A DNA stretch of 32,000 bases from Edaphobacter aggregans (GTDB lineage Bacteria; Acidobacteriota; Terriglobia; Terriglobales; Acidobacteriaceae): positions 2,880,001 to 2,912,000 of the forward strand of contig NZ_RSDW01000001.1 of the NCBI RefSeq assembly GCF_003945235.1, read 5' to 3'. The position numbers and the translations under genes were made by a program. Positions 1-8,530 of the stretch are shown in pieces. The stretch's first letter is position 1. Each line of letters starts with the position of its first letter. Under the pieces are notes generated by a model. That model saw only the letters and a list, made by a program, of their open reading frames with translations. It ran no database searches and was not told the origin of the DNA.

Positions 1-1
1 C

Positions 2-529
2 TTTGAGAAGGGGCATTCTGCGATTCTAGAGCTGGCTAAACAGATCCAGACCATCTCTGGCTTCGTCAATTTCGCACGGCAGCTGACGGTCAACTGTGGT
101 GTTATTGGTGGAGGAACGCGGTCAAATGTCGTCGCTTCCGAGGCGCACACCGAGGTGGATGTGCGAATATCGAAGGCCCGTGATGAGGCTTATATCCAAA
201 AGCTGTTCGACGGACTGAGGGTCTCAGACCGGCACTGCAAGCTGACCATTACAGGCGGTATCAACCGGCCTCCCATGGAGCGGAAGGCTGGGACGATTGC
301 GCTGTTCAAGCAGGCTCGCAGGCTGGCTGCGGAGCTGGGTTTTGAGCTTGACGAGGCGGCTACGGGGGGTGGGTCGGATGGGAACTTCACGGCTGCGCTT
401 GGGGTGCCTACGCTCGATGGAATGGGGGCAGTAGGAGAGGGGGCTCATGCGGCGCATGAGTCGGTCGTGATTGAGCACCTGGTGCCGCGGACGGCTCTGC
501 TGGCGGCGATGATTGCGAGTGTGGATTAG
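2..529 (+). CDS. M20-family metallopeptidase (carboxypeptidase G2 / glutamate carboxypeptidase-like), C-terminal part; 5' end lies outside the window
   Basis: Frame 2 is open from base 2 (FEKGHSAILELAKQIQTISGF...), so the listed ORF 155..529 is only the portion after an internal GTG. The C-terminal block GGGSDGNF...LDGMGAVGEGAHAAHESV is typical of dimeric M20 peptidases. Confidence 0.75.
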   Translation, partial: FEKGHSAILELAKQIQTISGFVNFARQLTVNCGVIGGGTRSNVVASEAHTEVDVRISKARDEAYIQKLFDGLRVSDRHCKLTITGGINRPPMERKAGTIALFKQARRLAAELGFELDEAATGGGSDGNFTAALGVPTLDGMGAVGEGAHAAHESVVIEHLVPRTALLAAMIASVD

Positions 530-598
530 CTAAACACAGGAATCGAACGTTCTACGGCGACGTCTAAGGCGCCGGTTCCATGGTCGCCACACGCAGAA

Positions 599-1423
599 CT
601 ATCGAGACTCATAGTGGCCGCGTGGCTGGCGCCATCGGAAGCACGCAAGCAAGCCGATGATGCCAATCGGAAGAAATGTTCCCGGCTCGGGTACGGGAGC
701 AGCACTCAAGAAATCGCCGGAAGCCGACGTAAATGTCCAACCCGGGGGCAATTCCAGGAAAGCTTCAGCCGTGCGGCCAAAGTCCGCGCTTGAATCGGGG
801 TACCCTATACCCGCTGACGCAGACACGTTCAAAGATTCCGTAAGTAATATTGGAGAGTGTGGCCCTGTGAGCGTTATCCCTGCGCTTACGACAAAAGAAG
901 TCGGACCTTGATCGCCCGATATAGTAGAGACACTCTTACACTCAAAGATGTTGAACTCTATTACGTCCACACACGCGGTTGCTCCAGCGTTGCCTCCATT
1001 TAACCCTCCATCGACCCTCATCCCAAAAATGATTGTGCCACTTGATAAGGGATTGTCAGCCGGGGGCATGAAATCAAGATAGTTAGAGAAGTTTGCGTAC
1101 GCCGATGCATCGGCGAATGTAGCTTCTCCGTTTGTACCAGCATTTCCAGATGCTGCAGCGAAGGCATGAAGCGATCCTTGCGTCGTCCCAATGCTGTTCG
1201 CGCTTGCCATCCCGAACCTGCCATCCGGGCAACTGTGCATCGTACTCTGCTCTCCGTCGGCCATCCTCAACCCCACACCACCACCCTCGTAGGATTCGTT
1301 CGCGCCGGCGCAAGCAGCACCCACCTCGCCGCTGACTTCAGCCCCATATGGGATCGTATCTGAGAAGCACGACGTTGAGATCGCTAGTAGAAACAACAGC
1401 AGGACAGAGCCAGAGAGCGCCAT
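599..1423 (-). CDS. PEP-CTERM sorting-domain protein (secreted, function unknown)
   Basis: N-terminal signal peptide MALSGSVLLLFLLAISTSCFS. The C-terminus PVPEPGTFLPIGIIGLLACFRWRQPR has the PEP motif, a hydrophobic helix and a basic cluster (the PEP-CTERM/exosortase signal). GGAGGG Shine-Dalgarno directly upstream of the ATG. Confidence 0.8.
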   Translation of the reverse strand: MALSGSVLLLFLLAISTSCFSDTIPYGAEVSGEVGAACAGANESYEGGGVGLRMADGEQSTMHSCPDGRFGMASANSIGTTQGSLHAFAAASGNAGTNGEATFADASAYANFSNYLDFMPPADNPLSSGTIIFGMRVDGGLNGGNAGATACVDVIEFNIFECKSVSTISGDQGPTSFVVSAGITLTGPHSPILLTESLNVSASAGIGYPDSSADFGRTAEAFLELPPGWTFTSASGDFLSAAPVPEPGTFLPIGIIGLLACFRWRQPRGHYESR

Positions 1424-1533
1424 TTTGCCCTCCTAAAAACCAATCAGTCTACATCCACACCACATCCGCTGACACGGAATTTCTTCACCCTTCGCAAAAC
1501 ACCCGGCCATAGACTTCTGCTCAGGATTGCCCC

Positions 1534-2139
1534 TCAACTACGCTGGCGATCGATATGCCCTAGTTTGGCGCGGGCTTCTTCGAGGAGGGTGATGGTGCGG
1601 GCTATGGGGAGGCCGACTACATTGAAGTAGCAGCCTTCGATGCGGGGGATCCAGCGGGCGGCGTAGCCCTGGATTGCGTAGGCTCCGGCTTTGTCGAGAG
1701 GGTCGCCGGTGGCGATGTAGTCGGCGATTTCGGAGTCTGTGAGAACGTTGAAGGTGACCTGGGTGACTTCGACGTCGCTGACGATTTTGGCGCGGGTGGC
1801 GGCGGCTATGCCTGTGAGAACGGCGTGGGTGCGGCCGCAGAGTAGCTGAAGCATACGGCGGGCGTGGTCGGGGTTGGCGGGCTTGCCCAGGATGTGGCCG
1901 TCGCAGACGACGCAGGTGTCTGCGCCGAGGACGATGAGCGGGTCTTCGGGCGTATCGAGCGAGCGGCGGAGATTCCAGATGGTTTGGGCCTTCTCTTCGG
2001 CGAGGCGCTGAACGTAGGCGGCGGCGATTTCGTGGGGAAGGCGGTCTTCGTTGATGTCGGCGGAGTCGACGGTGAAGGTGAGTCCGGCCTGAGTGAGGAG
2101 TTCGCGTCGGCGCGGCGAGGCTGAAGCCAGGATGAGCAT
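1534..2139 (-). CDS. maf: Maf-like nucleoside triphosphate pyrophosphatase (septum formation protein Maf)
   Basis: MLILASASPRRRELLTQAGL...LGADT...DKAGAYAIQG...VVGLP matches the Maf/YhdE family along its full length. The ORF extends to 2211, but the ATG at 2139 gives the canonical N-terminus (about 201 aa). Confidence 0.9.
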   Translation of the reverse strand: MLILASASPRRRELLTQAGLTFTVDSADINEDRLPHEIAAAYVQRLAEEKAQTIWNLRRSLDTPEDPLIVLGADTCVVCDGHILGKPANPDHARRMLQLLCGRTHAVLTGIAAATRAKIVSDVEVTQVTFNVLTDSEIADYIATGDPLDKAGAYAIQGYAARWIPRIEGCYFNVVGLPIARTITLLEEARAKLGHIDRQRS

Positions 2140-2230
2140 GCCAGATTGAGAGTATCGGCAGGGGGGATTTCGGGCAAGACGTATGTGGCCCGGTTGGTCG
2201 ATGTTCATCAATAAATCGTGATATTGTAGC

Positions 2231-2258
2231 GGTCTGATTCGAAAATCAGGATCAGACC
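2231..2258. promoter_or_regulatory. Nested inverted repeat in the maf / lipoprotein divergent intergenic region (candidate operator or hairpin)
   Basis: GGTCTGAT(2231-2238)...ATCAGACC(2251-2258) is a perfect 8-bp inverted repeat. Inside it, CTGATT-cgaa-AATCAG (2234-2249) is a second perfect palindrome sharing the left arm. Confidence 0.3.
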
Positions 2259-2343
2259 CACTACCACCTCGTTAACTCAATGCAGCACTGCCCTTGTGTC
2301 TGCGTGGAGTGAAGGACCGATCTCCCCTGGGAGGGATATACAT

Positions 2344-4116
2344 TTGCCGCGATACCATGTCGTACTTGTCACGCTGATCCTCTTTCTGCTCACAGCCTGC
2401 AGTAGCGGGAACAACACAACCCCGGTCCCGGTCGCGCCTGTATTTAACAGCACTCCAGGTACGCAAGCTGTCGAGGGATCGGCTTACACTTACCAACTCA
2501 CAGCAAGCGGCACTGCGGTTACCTTCTCTCTGACCAACGCCCCAATCGGCGCGACGCTCAGCGGCAATACGATCTCGTGGACACCCACGGCACAACAATC
2601 CCGGATTCCGAACAGCTTCACCATAACTGCAACTGCGTCAGGCGGCGCATCGGCAACACAGTCCTGGGCGGTAACGCCATCCGGTACCATCCGCATCAGC
2701 CGCACCGATACGTTATGGAATGAAACCGGCTCAACGAATGCGCCCTTCGACTGGAGCCGCATCGCCTCTTACGCCGCAGCGCTCGTGCCGCAATCGGATG
2801 GCTCCTTCAAATCATTCTCAGGCGCAGCAGACGCGAATGGAGTCTTCGAGATTCCCAATGTTCCCGCCGGATACTATTGGCTGAAGCTTGGACCCGTCGA
2901 TACGTACTGGACGAGCAGCAGCACCTTCGACCTGGGCAGAGACGTCTTCGTTCCAATTGCCAATACCACTGCTCCGGTTACTTCGACAACACACCTCAAT
3001 TTCAGTTTCACGTCTTTGGACGCGGCGGCTGGGAGCGGTCAGTTGCAACTCGATTCTCCTGAATTGGCAGCATTGAGCTATACGTCTTCGACGAATGCAG
3101 GTTCCACCACATTCGTCGGAGGACTTGTGATCAACGGTATTCTTGATCTTTCCGTAATAAAGAACGCATTCGTGAGGCAGTACGAACCGGCTTCATTTGG
3201 ATCCGTGGACGGATACGTACTGGGCCCTGAACTTGCCCTGTCGAACCTGTCATTGACGACAGGCGGAATCAATACGATCACTGGAGCACTGAATCCTACG
3301 GTTCCGGCATCGATAAACCTCAGCGTCCAGGGTTCCGCATGGGCGCCCCTGCTCGATCACATTGCGCCAACGCCTCCCACCTATGTGGGAAGTGGTTTCT
3401 ACGCTTCGGTTCAGCCCTATATCGCAGCGGACGGCCCAAACATATCCGGCTCAAACCCAATCGATCTCATCTGGACGAAGCCAGTCAACCCTCTCACCCT
3501 CACCCCCACCCTCACACCCGTCCTCATACCCGCTACCTGCTCGGCGAATCCGCCTTTGACAACCGATGTGGGACCCGCGACCGTGCCATACAGCGATCCG
3601 TTCCCCGCTGGTTGGAGGCGCATCTTCCGCATATGCCAGAACGCTTCGGTGGCGGTCCCGGTCCCTGGAACGGGCAAAACCCAAAGCATCTATTTAACCA
3701 ATAGCCAGACGACATCACTGCCAACCGCCACAGTGAAACCGCTGATTTCGGCGGTACAGAACCCGAAGATCAACGGGGCCGACCTCTTCACGGCCAGCAC
3801 GCTCAACAGCACAGTGGTAACGCTCAGCTGGGACCCGCCCGCGATTGGCACACCGTTCGGTTATAACGTGGCTATCTGGAGCCCTACTACATTGCCGGAT
3901 GGCACAGTCGCTTATTTTTCCTCAGCCACGTTAAGCACGGCAAAGACCTCGATGACACTACCGCCGAATGTACTGGCGTCCGGACAAACTTACTTGTTTG
4001 TCATCACATCGCTGGTTGACGGAAAGGCCAATATGGAAACGAGCCCACACCGCTCCTCCCTGCCTATTGCGAATGCAGACCTGATATCGGCTCCCATCAC
4101 TACAGCTACAAACTAA
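2344..4116 (+). CDS. Surface/periplasmic lipoprotein with an N-terminal putative Ig (He_PIG/cadherin-like) domain and a C-terminal fibronectin type III-like domain
   Basis: Lipobox LFLLTAC-SSGNN. TPGTQAVEGSAYTYQLTASG..FSLTNAPIGATLSGNTISWTPT resembles the 'putative Ig domain' consensus. The C-terminal TVVTLSWDPPAIGTPFGYNVAIW...GQTYLFVITS is FN3-like. The maximal ORF starts at GTG 2296. TTG 2344, preceded by GGGAGGG, gives a canonical lipoprotein signal (MPRYHVVLVTLILFLLTAC). Confidence 0.7.
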   Translation: MPRYHVVLVTLILFLLTACSSGNNTTPVPVAPVFNSTPGTQAVEGSAYTYQLTASGTAVTFSLTNAPIGATLSGNTISWTPTAQQSRIPNSFTITATASGGASATQSWAVTPSGTIRISRTDTLWNETGSTNAPFDWSRIASYAAALVPQSDGSFKSFSGAADANGVFEIPNVPAGYYWLKLGPVDTYWTSSSTFDLGRDVFVPIANTTAPVTSTTHLNFSFTSLDAAAGSGQLQLDSPELAALSYTSSTNAGSTTFVGGLVINGILDLSVIKNAFVRQYEPASFGSVDGYVLGPELALSNLSLTTGGINTITGALNPTVPASINLSVQGSAWAPLLDHIAPTPPTYVGSGFYASVQPYIAADGPNISGSNPIDLIWTKPVNPLTLTPTLTPVLIPATCSANPPLTTDVGPATVPYSDPFPAGWRRIFRICQNASVAVPVPGTGKTQSIYLTNSQTTSLPTATVKPLISAVQNPKINGADLFTASTLNSTVVTLSWDPPAIGTPFGYNVAIWSPTTLPDGTVAYFSSATLSTAKTSMTLPPNVLASGQTYLFVITSLVDGKANMETSPHRSSLPIANADLISAPITTATN

Positions 4117-4396
4117 ATCGCTGCCAGAACCCTACCCCCAACCCTTGTGAGCGACTGCCGCACAGTGGGACAATAGCCGCACCAGCGGCCAGTTCTTCGT
4201 CAGTTGCGGCCGAGGAAATAAGACGTGCGCTTCGAGATTTCGATTCGGACGCCGTTGTGAATGTTCGTCTGTGCCAAAGGTGTGCCGCTCGCGCATGCAG
4301 CAGCCGCGGGTTCTCACAGGCCTTCCCATAGATTGCTGATGCCTTGCTGCAGAGGGTATTGCAATGTGCCTGCGAAGCCGTCACGAAGTCTTCACG

Positions 4397-6880
4397 ATGA
4401 CATCGCATGTCATTCGGTTCTTCGCGGCGATTTTGATTGCTTTTGTATTTGTTCCCGCGCTCGAGGCCAAGACTTCCACCGTAAGCGGGGTCATCTTTAC
4501 GCTCGGCTCGGATAAGGTGCAGACGGTATGGCCTAACGCACGTGTCACTCTGAAGAACGTCGACACCAAGAGTGAAGCTGCCACAATCTCCAACGATCTC
4601 GGGGCGTATGCCTTCACCGGTGTGCTGTATGGCCACTATGAGATCACCGTCACGCTGGCTGGATTTGAATCGGCTACGAAAAGTGTGACCGTTGAGAGCG
4701 AGAATCCTGCGAAGCTCGACTTTCAGCTAGTCCTAAAAGGGCGGACAGAGACCGTCACAGTCAGGGCTGAGGATACGGGCGTCGACCTCACATCGAGCTC
4801 GGGTGGAACCCCGGCTCTTAATGCCAACATTCTCAAATCTGTTGCCGTGCTCAACCAGGACTTTCAGGAGGCTTTGCCTTTGCTCCCCGGGGTCGTGCGC
4901 GGATTTGATGGCCTCATTCGCATCAAGGGCGGACGCACGAACCAGGCCAACACGCTGGTCAACTCGGCCAGCGTATCCGATCCCTTTACCGGGCAGGCTG
5001 CGCTCAGTCTCCCATCTGTAGCGGTGCAGTCTGTCCGGGTTCTCTCTAATCCCTTCTCGTCAGAGTATGGACAATTCTCCAGCGGCGTAGTCGACGTCAA
5101 CACGCGTGGCGGCACCGACGAGTGGAAGTATCTCTTTGAAGATCCCGTACCGCGTTTCCGCTGGATCGACGGTCGCACCCATGGAGTCGAGAGCGCTTCG
5201 CCCCATCTGACCCTTGCGGGCCCGCTCGAAACCGGCAAGCTTTATCTATTTCAGGCGATGATCTATGGCTATGACACCGTGACGGTGCCGTCCCTGCCTA
5301 ACCCCGACAATGTTCGCATCGTGGAGAGGATTAATACCTACACGCAACTCGATTGGGACCCGTCGCCGAGCCATCGGTTTACGGCCGTCTTCGCGCTCGA
5401 TCCCCAGAACACTTACTACGCGAACATCAACACCTTCAATCCGCAGCCGGTTACTGCCAACGACCGTCTGCGCGACTATTTCGTCTCCGCTACGCATCGC
5501 TGGCTTCTGGCTGACGGCGGCTATGTCCAGAGCCTGTTCGCGGCCAAGCAACTCGACTCCCATGTTTACCCTGCCACGTGGACAAGACAAATGGTTCTTG
5601 CGCCCGAACAGAACTCCGGAAGCTACTTCGAAGAGCAGCAACGTAATACGGAGCTTTATCAATGGTCGCAGACGCTTCATCTCAGGCCAATTGAACATGC
5701 AGGCAGGCATCTGCTGACCTTCGGCTACTCCTACGCGCACTCTTCTTATGAAGGGCAGGTGACGAACTTCCCCATACAAGTCCTGCGCCAAGACGGTACC
5801 TTGAGCAGCAGCATCAGCTATGGGGCGGCGCCACCCTCGCAGGCTGCAAAGAACAATGTCGCGCTCTTCGCGCAGGACAATTGGCAGATTCATCCCAGGT
5901 TGACGCTTGATCTCGGCGTGCGGCTTGACCACGACAGCTTCTCCGCTGATGCCTTGAATATCGCGCCCCGCATTGGTTTTGTCTTTGCTCCCACGGGTGA
6001 CAACCGCACTGCCATTCGCGGCGGCTTCGGCGTCTTCTTCGACAAGATCCCGATCAACGTCGCTATCTTTCCCAGGTTTCCAGCCCAGACCATTACGAGC
6101 TACGCTTCGGATGGAACTACTGTGCTCGGTGCTCCGGCGACGTTCACTCATGTCGCTCCTGACTCGCTGCGCATCCCCTACAGTCTTGGCTGGACGCTCC
6201 AGTTCGATCGCGAACTTCGCCGCGATCTGCTTCTCCGGTTCGGCTACGAAGATCGGCAGGCGTACCGCGAGTTTTATTTGGATCCTCTTCAGCACGCGGA
6301 CGGGAGCGCCCAGCTACCCTTGCTCAACTCCGGGCGGCAAAGCTACCGCGAGTTTCTTACGATGCTCCGTTGGCGAGTCAATGAGCGATCTACTGTATTT
6401 GCCAGCTACGTTCACTCGCGTGCTCGCGGCGAGCTCAATGACTACAACCAGTTCTTCGGAAACTTCCCCTACCCGCTTATTCGACCAAATCAGTACGGTC
6501 CGCTTTCGTCTGATGCGCCTGATCGTGGTCTGTTCTGGAATGTGATCGGCTTGCCCCACAAGCTCGACTTTGTGCCTATCCTCGACGTGCACACGGGCTT
6601 TCCCTTCTCGCGGCTGGATGAAAACTGGAACTTCCTCGGCCCCGAAAACCAAGCCGGGCGATTCCCAATCTTCCTGGCCCTCGACACCAAGTTTCAATAC
6701 CCCGTCGACTTTACCTTTCACGGTCACCGCATCCAATTCCGCGCTGGGCTGACTGTCTATAACGTGATCAACCACTTCAATCCGCGCGACGTTCAGCAAC
6801 ATTATGCCTCTCCGAACTATGGCGCCTTCTACAACTCCATTGGCAGGCTCTTTCGCATCGATGGTGACTTCAACTTCTAA
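4397..6880 (+). CDS. TonB-dependent receptor-like outer-membrane protein with N-terminal carboxypeptidase regulatory-like domain
   Basis: Signal peptide MTSHVIRFFAAILIAFVFVPALEA. A CarboxypepD_reg-like segment (ARVTLKNVDTKSEAATISNDLGAYAFTGVLYGHYEITVTLAGFES), then a plug-like segment (LLPGVV...IRIKGGRTNQ...NPFSSEYGQFSSGVVDVNTRGG). Beta-barrel C-terminus ending in F (FRIDGDFNF). Confidence 0.85.
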   Translation: MTSHVIRFFAAILIAFVFVPALEAKTSTVSGVIFTLGSDKVQTVWPNARVTLKNVDTKSEAATISNDLGAYAFTGVLYGHYEITVTLAGFESATKSVTVESENPAKLDFQLVLKGRTETVTVRAEDTGVDLTSSSGGTPALNANILKSVAVLNQDFQEALPLLPGVVRGFDGLIRIKGGRTNQANTLVNSASVSDPFTGQAALSLPSVAVQSVRVLSNPFSSEYGQFSSGVVDVNTRGGTDEWKYLFEDPVPRFRWIDGRTHGVESASPHLTLAGPLETGKLYLFQAMIYGYDTVTVPSLPNPDNVRIVERINTYTQLDWDPSPSHRFTAVFALDPQNTYYANINTFNPQPVTANDRLRDYFVSATHRWLLADGGYVQSLFAAKQLDSHVYPATWTRQMVLAPEQNSGSYFEEQQRNTELYQWSQTLHLRPIEHAGRHLLTFGYSYAHSSYEGQVTNFPIQVLRQDGTLSSSISYGAAPPSQAAKNNVALFAQDNWQIHPRLTLDLGVRLDHDSFSADALNIAPRIGFVFAPTGDNRTAIRGGFGVFFDKIPINVAIFPRFPAQTITSYASDGTTVLGAPATFTHVAPDSLRIPYSLGWTLQFDRELRRDLLLRFGYEDRQAYREFYLDPLQHADGSAQLPLLNSGRQSYREFLTMLRWRVNERSTVFASYVHSRARGELNDYNQFFGNFPYPLIRPNQYGPLSSDAPDRGLFWNVIGLPHKLDFVPILDVHTGFPFSRLDENWNFLGPENQAGRFPIFLALDTKFQYPVDFTFHGHRIQFRAGLTVYNVINHFNPRDVQQHYASPNYGAFYNSIGRLFRIDGDFNF

Positions 6881-6922
6881 ATTTTCGCGATTTTCTCACC
6901 ATTTCCGAAGGCTTTCTGTTAT

Positions 6923-6940
6923 CTACGAAGATATTCGTAG
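6923..6940. promoter_or_regulatory. Perfect 7-bp palindrome CTACGAA-gata-TTCGTAG between the receptor gene and the amidase gene (weak terminator hairpin or operator)
   Basis: Read directly. It sits in an AT-rich 127-bp spacer, 43 nt after the stop at 6880 and 68 nt before the ATG at 7008. Confidence 0.3.
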
Positions 6941-7007
6941 TATTGTGTTAGCTGGATGTGCTCGATGGGTTCGGTGAAGACCTAATTTCCAACAAAGGGA
7001 GAATCGT

Positions 7008-8336
7008 ATGAGATCCAGGTTTGTCCTTAGCGGCATTCTGGCGCTTTCTGTACTTTCGGCAGAGGCGCGGGCGTATCAGGCGGATCAGGGAAAGCATGAC
7101 CTAACCGGGCGCTGGGTTCTGACGGCGGACTTCTACGGCACTACATCGTATATGCCGCTGGACCTTGTACAGCAGGGAGAGAAACTCACCGGTAAGTTTG
7201 GTTCCTACAAGCTCGAAGGCTCGGTGCAGGGGAACGCCGTTCACTTTGTTGCGAAGGACGATCAGGGCGACTCGGAAGAAGTTAATGGCACCGTGCAGGA
7301 TGGAAAGCTTTCGGGCACGGTTGTTGGAACGTATGCGGAGGATAGTCCCGTACGGTATCAGTTCACGGGAATGCTGGCTCCTGTACGCCCCACTGGGCCG
7401 CCGCAGCGGCATGAGTTCACGCCGACGGTCTTCTATCGACAGTTTTCGGCTATGAATAAGCCGGTGCTGACGGTCGCTCCGGGAGACACGATCCACACGA
7501 CGACCGTGGACGCAGGCGGTCAGGATGCACAGGGCGTCAAGCGCGTGAGGGGAGGGAATCCACAGACGGGGCCTTTCTACATTGAGAGCGCAATGCCGGG
7601 GGATACGCTGGTCGTGCATCTGACACGGCTACGGCTGAATCGGGACTGGGCGGCGAGCGACGACGGCATTGTGGAGAGCGGGCTGAACAGCGATCTTGCA
7701 GTGAAGATGAAGGACAACGGCAAGTCGATTCGCTGGCATTTGGACACCGCCAAAGGAGTGGCCTATCCGGAGAAGCCAGGGGAACATCTGGCGCACTACA
7801 CGGTGCCGCTGCGGCCGATGCTCGGATGTATTGCGGTGGCGCCGGGTCCTGCGCAGGCCGCTCCGGGAACGGGTGATTCGGGAGATTGGGGCGGGAATAT
7901 GGACTTCAACGAGATTGTGGAGGGAGCGACGGTTTACTTGCCGGTGCGGAATCCGGGAGCGCTGCTGTATGTGGGCGATGGTCACGCGCTGCAGGGCGAC
8001 GGCGAACTGAACGGCAATGCGCTGGAGACTTCGATGGATGTGGAGTTTACGGTGGATGTGATTCCGGGGAAACGGATTTCGTCGGTGCGGGTGGAGTCGC
8101 CGACGCACATTATCTCGATGGGGCTTTATGGGTCGCTTGATGATGCGTTTCGCTCGGCTACGGCGAATATGGCTCAGTGGCTGACGGAGGATTACAAGTT
8201 GACGCCTTCTGAGATCGCTCAGGTTATCGGGACTGTGGCGGAGTACAAGGTGAGTGAGGTGGCCGATCGCAACTCGGGCGTTGTTTTGAAGATTGATAAG
8301 GAGCGATTGAAGCCACTTGCGGCTGCGGCGAAGTGA
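7008..8336 (+). CDS. Exported acetamidase/formamidase (FmdA/AmdA) family protein with an extra N-terminal beta-rich domain
   Basis: Signal peptide MRSRFVLSGILALSVLSAEARA. From about residue 130 the sequence follows the FmdA_AmdA family (GNPQTGPFYIESAMPGDTLVVHL...GNMDFNEIVEGATVYLPV...LLYVGDGHALQGDGELNGNALE). GGGAGA Shine-Dalgarno before the ATG. Confidence 0.8.
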   Translation: MRSRFVLSGILALSVLSAEARAYQADQGKHDLTGRWVLTADFYGTTSYMPLDLVQQGEKLTGKFGSYKLEGSVQGNAVHFVAKDDQGDSEEVNGTVQDGKLSGTVVGTYAEDSPVRYQFTGMLAPVRPTGPPQRHEFTPTVFYRQFSAMNKPVLTVAPGDTIHTTTVDAGGQDAQGVKRVRGGNPQTGPFYIESAMPGDTLVVHLTRLRLNRDWAASDDGIVESGLNSDLAVKMKDNGKSIRWHLDTAKGVAYPEKPGEHLAHYTVPLRPMLGCIAVAPGPAQAAPGTGDSGDWGGNMDFNEIVEGATVYLPVRNPGALLYVGDGHALQGDGELNGNALETSMDVEFTVDVIPGKRISSVRVESPTHIISMGLYGSLDDAFRSATANMAQWLTEDYKLTPSEIAQVIGTVAEYKVSEVADRNSGVVLKIDKERLKPLAAAAK

Positions 8337-8415
8337 GAGGGGCTAGAGCCGAAGACGGTCAAGTTTCACATCGAGACCGCGCGAATGCTTAGCGCTTGTT
8401 ATCATCAAGACGTCA

Positions 8416-8462
8416 GGGCATGAGGCCGAAGGGCTTCGGCATCTCGCAATGCCTGCATTTTT
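8416..8462 (+). terminator. Candidate intrinsic terminator downstream of the amidase gene
   Basis: Inner hairpin GCCGAA-gggc-TTCGGC (8426-8440) is nested in outer pairing GGGCAT(8416-8421)/ATGCCT(8449-8454), followed by gca-TTTTT (8458-8462). Confidence 0.4.
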
Positions 8463-8530
8463 GGCCCCGACAATGATGGATCTAGCGGCTCGCCTGATAC
8501 AACCTTCACTATGTTCCCGAGCTAACGCCC

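Noticed and set aside
538-560. A minus-strand GTTCGATTCC string resembling a tRNA T-loop, possibly a tRNA or an integrase att remnant.
   Set aside because: The flanking bases do not form a T-stem (GAACG vs CCTGT) and there is no acceptor stem or CCA context. The 69-bp spacer is too short for a tRNA, and no integrase or other mobile gene is nearby.
3481-3540. A short CCCTCAC-type repeat (ccctctcaccctcacccccaccctcacacccgtcctc).
   Set aside because: It encodes an in-frame Pro/Thr/Leu linker (NPLTLTPTLTPVLIP) within the lipoprotein. This is a low-complexity interdomain linker, not a DNA repeat element.
4117-4396. The 280-bp region upstream of the first receptor gene, which I examined for a cobalamin or other riboswitch because receptors of this type are often riboswitch-controlled.
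   Set aside because: I could find no B12-box-like core on the correct strand and no extended conserved-looking helices, only short GC hairpins and TTCGA direct repeats. The same negative result applies to 26790-26903 apart from the single hairpin reported above.
5246-6295. A 349-aa minus-strand ORF inside the first receptor gene.
   Set aside because: The reasoning is the same: it is antisense to a gene with clear plug/barrel homology, its composition is Arg-rich, and it has no recognisable domain.
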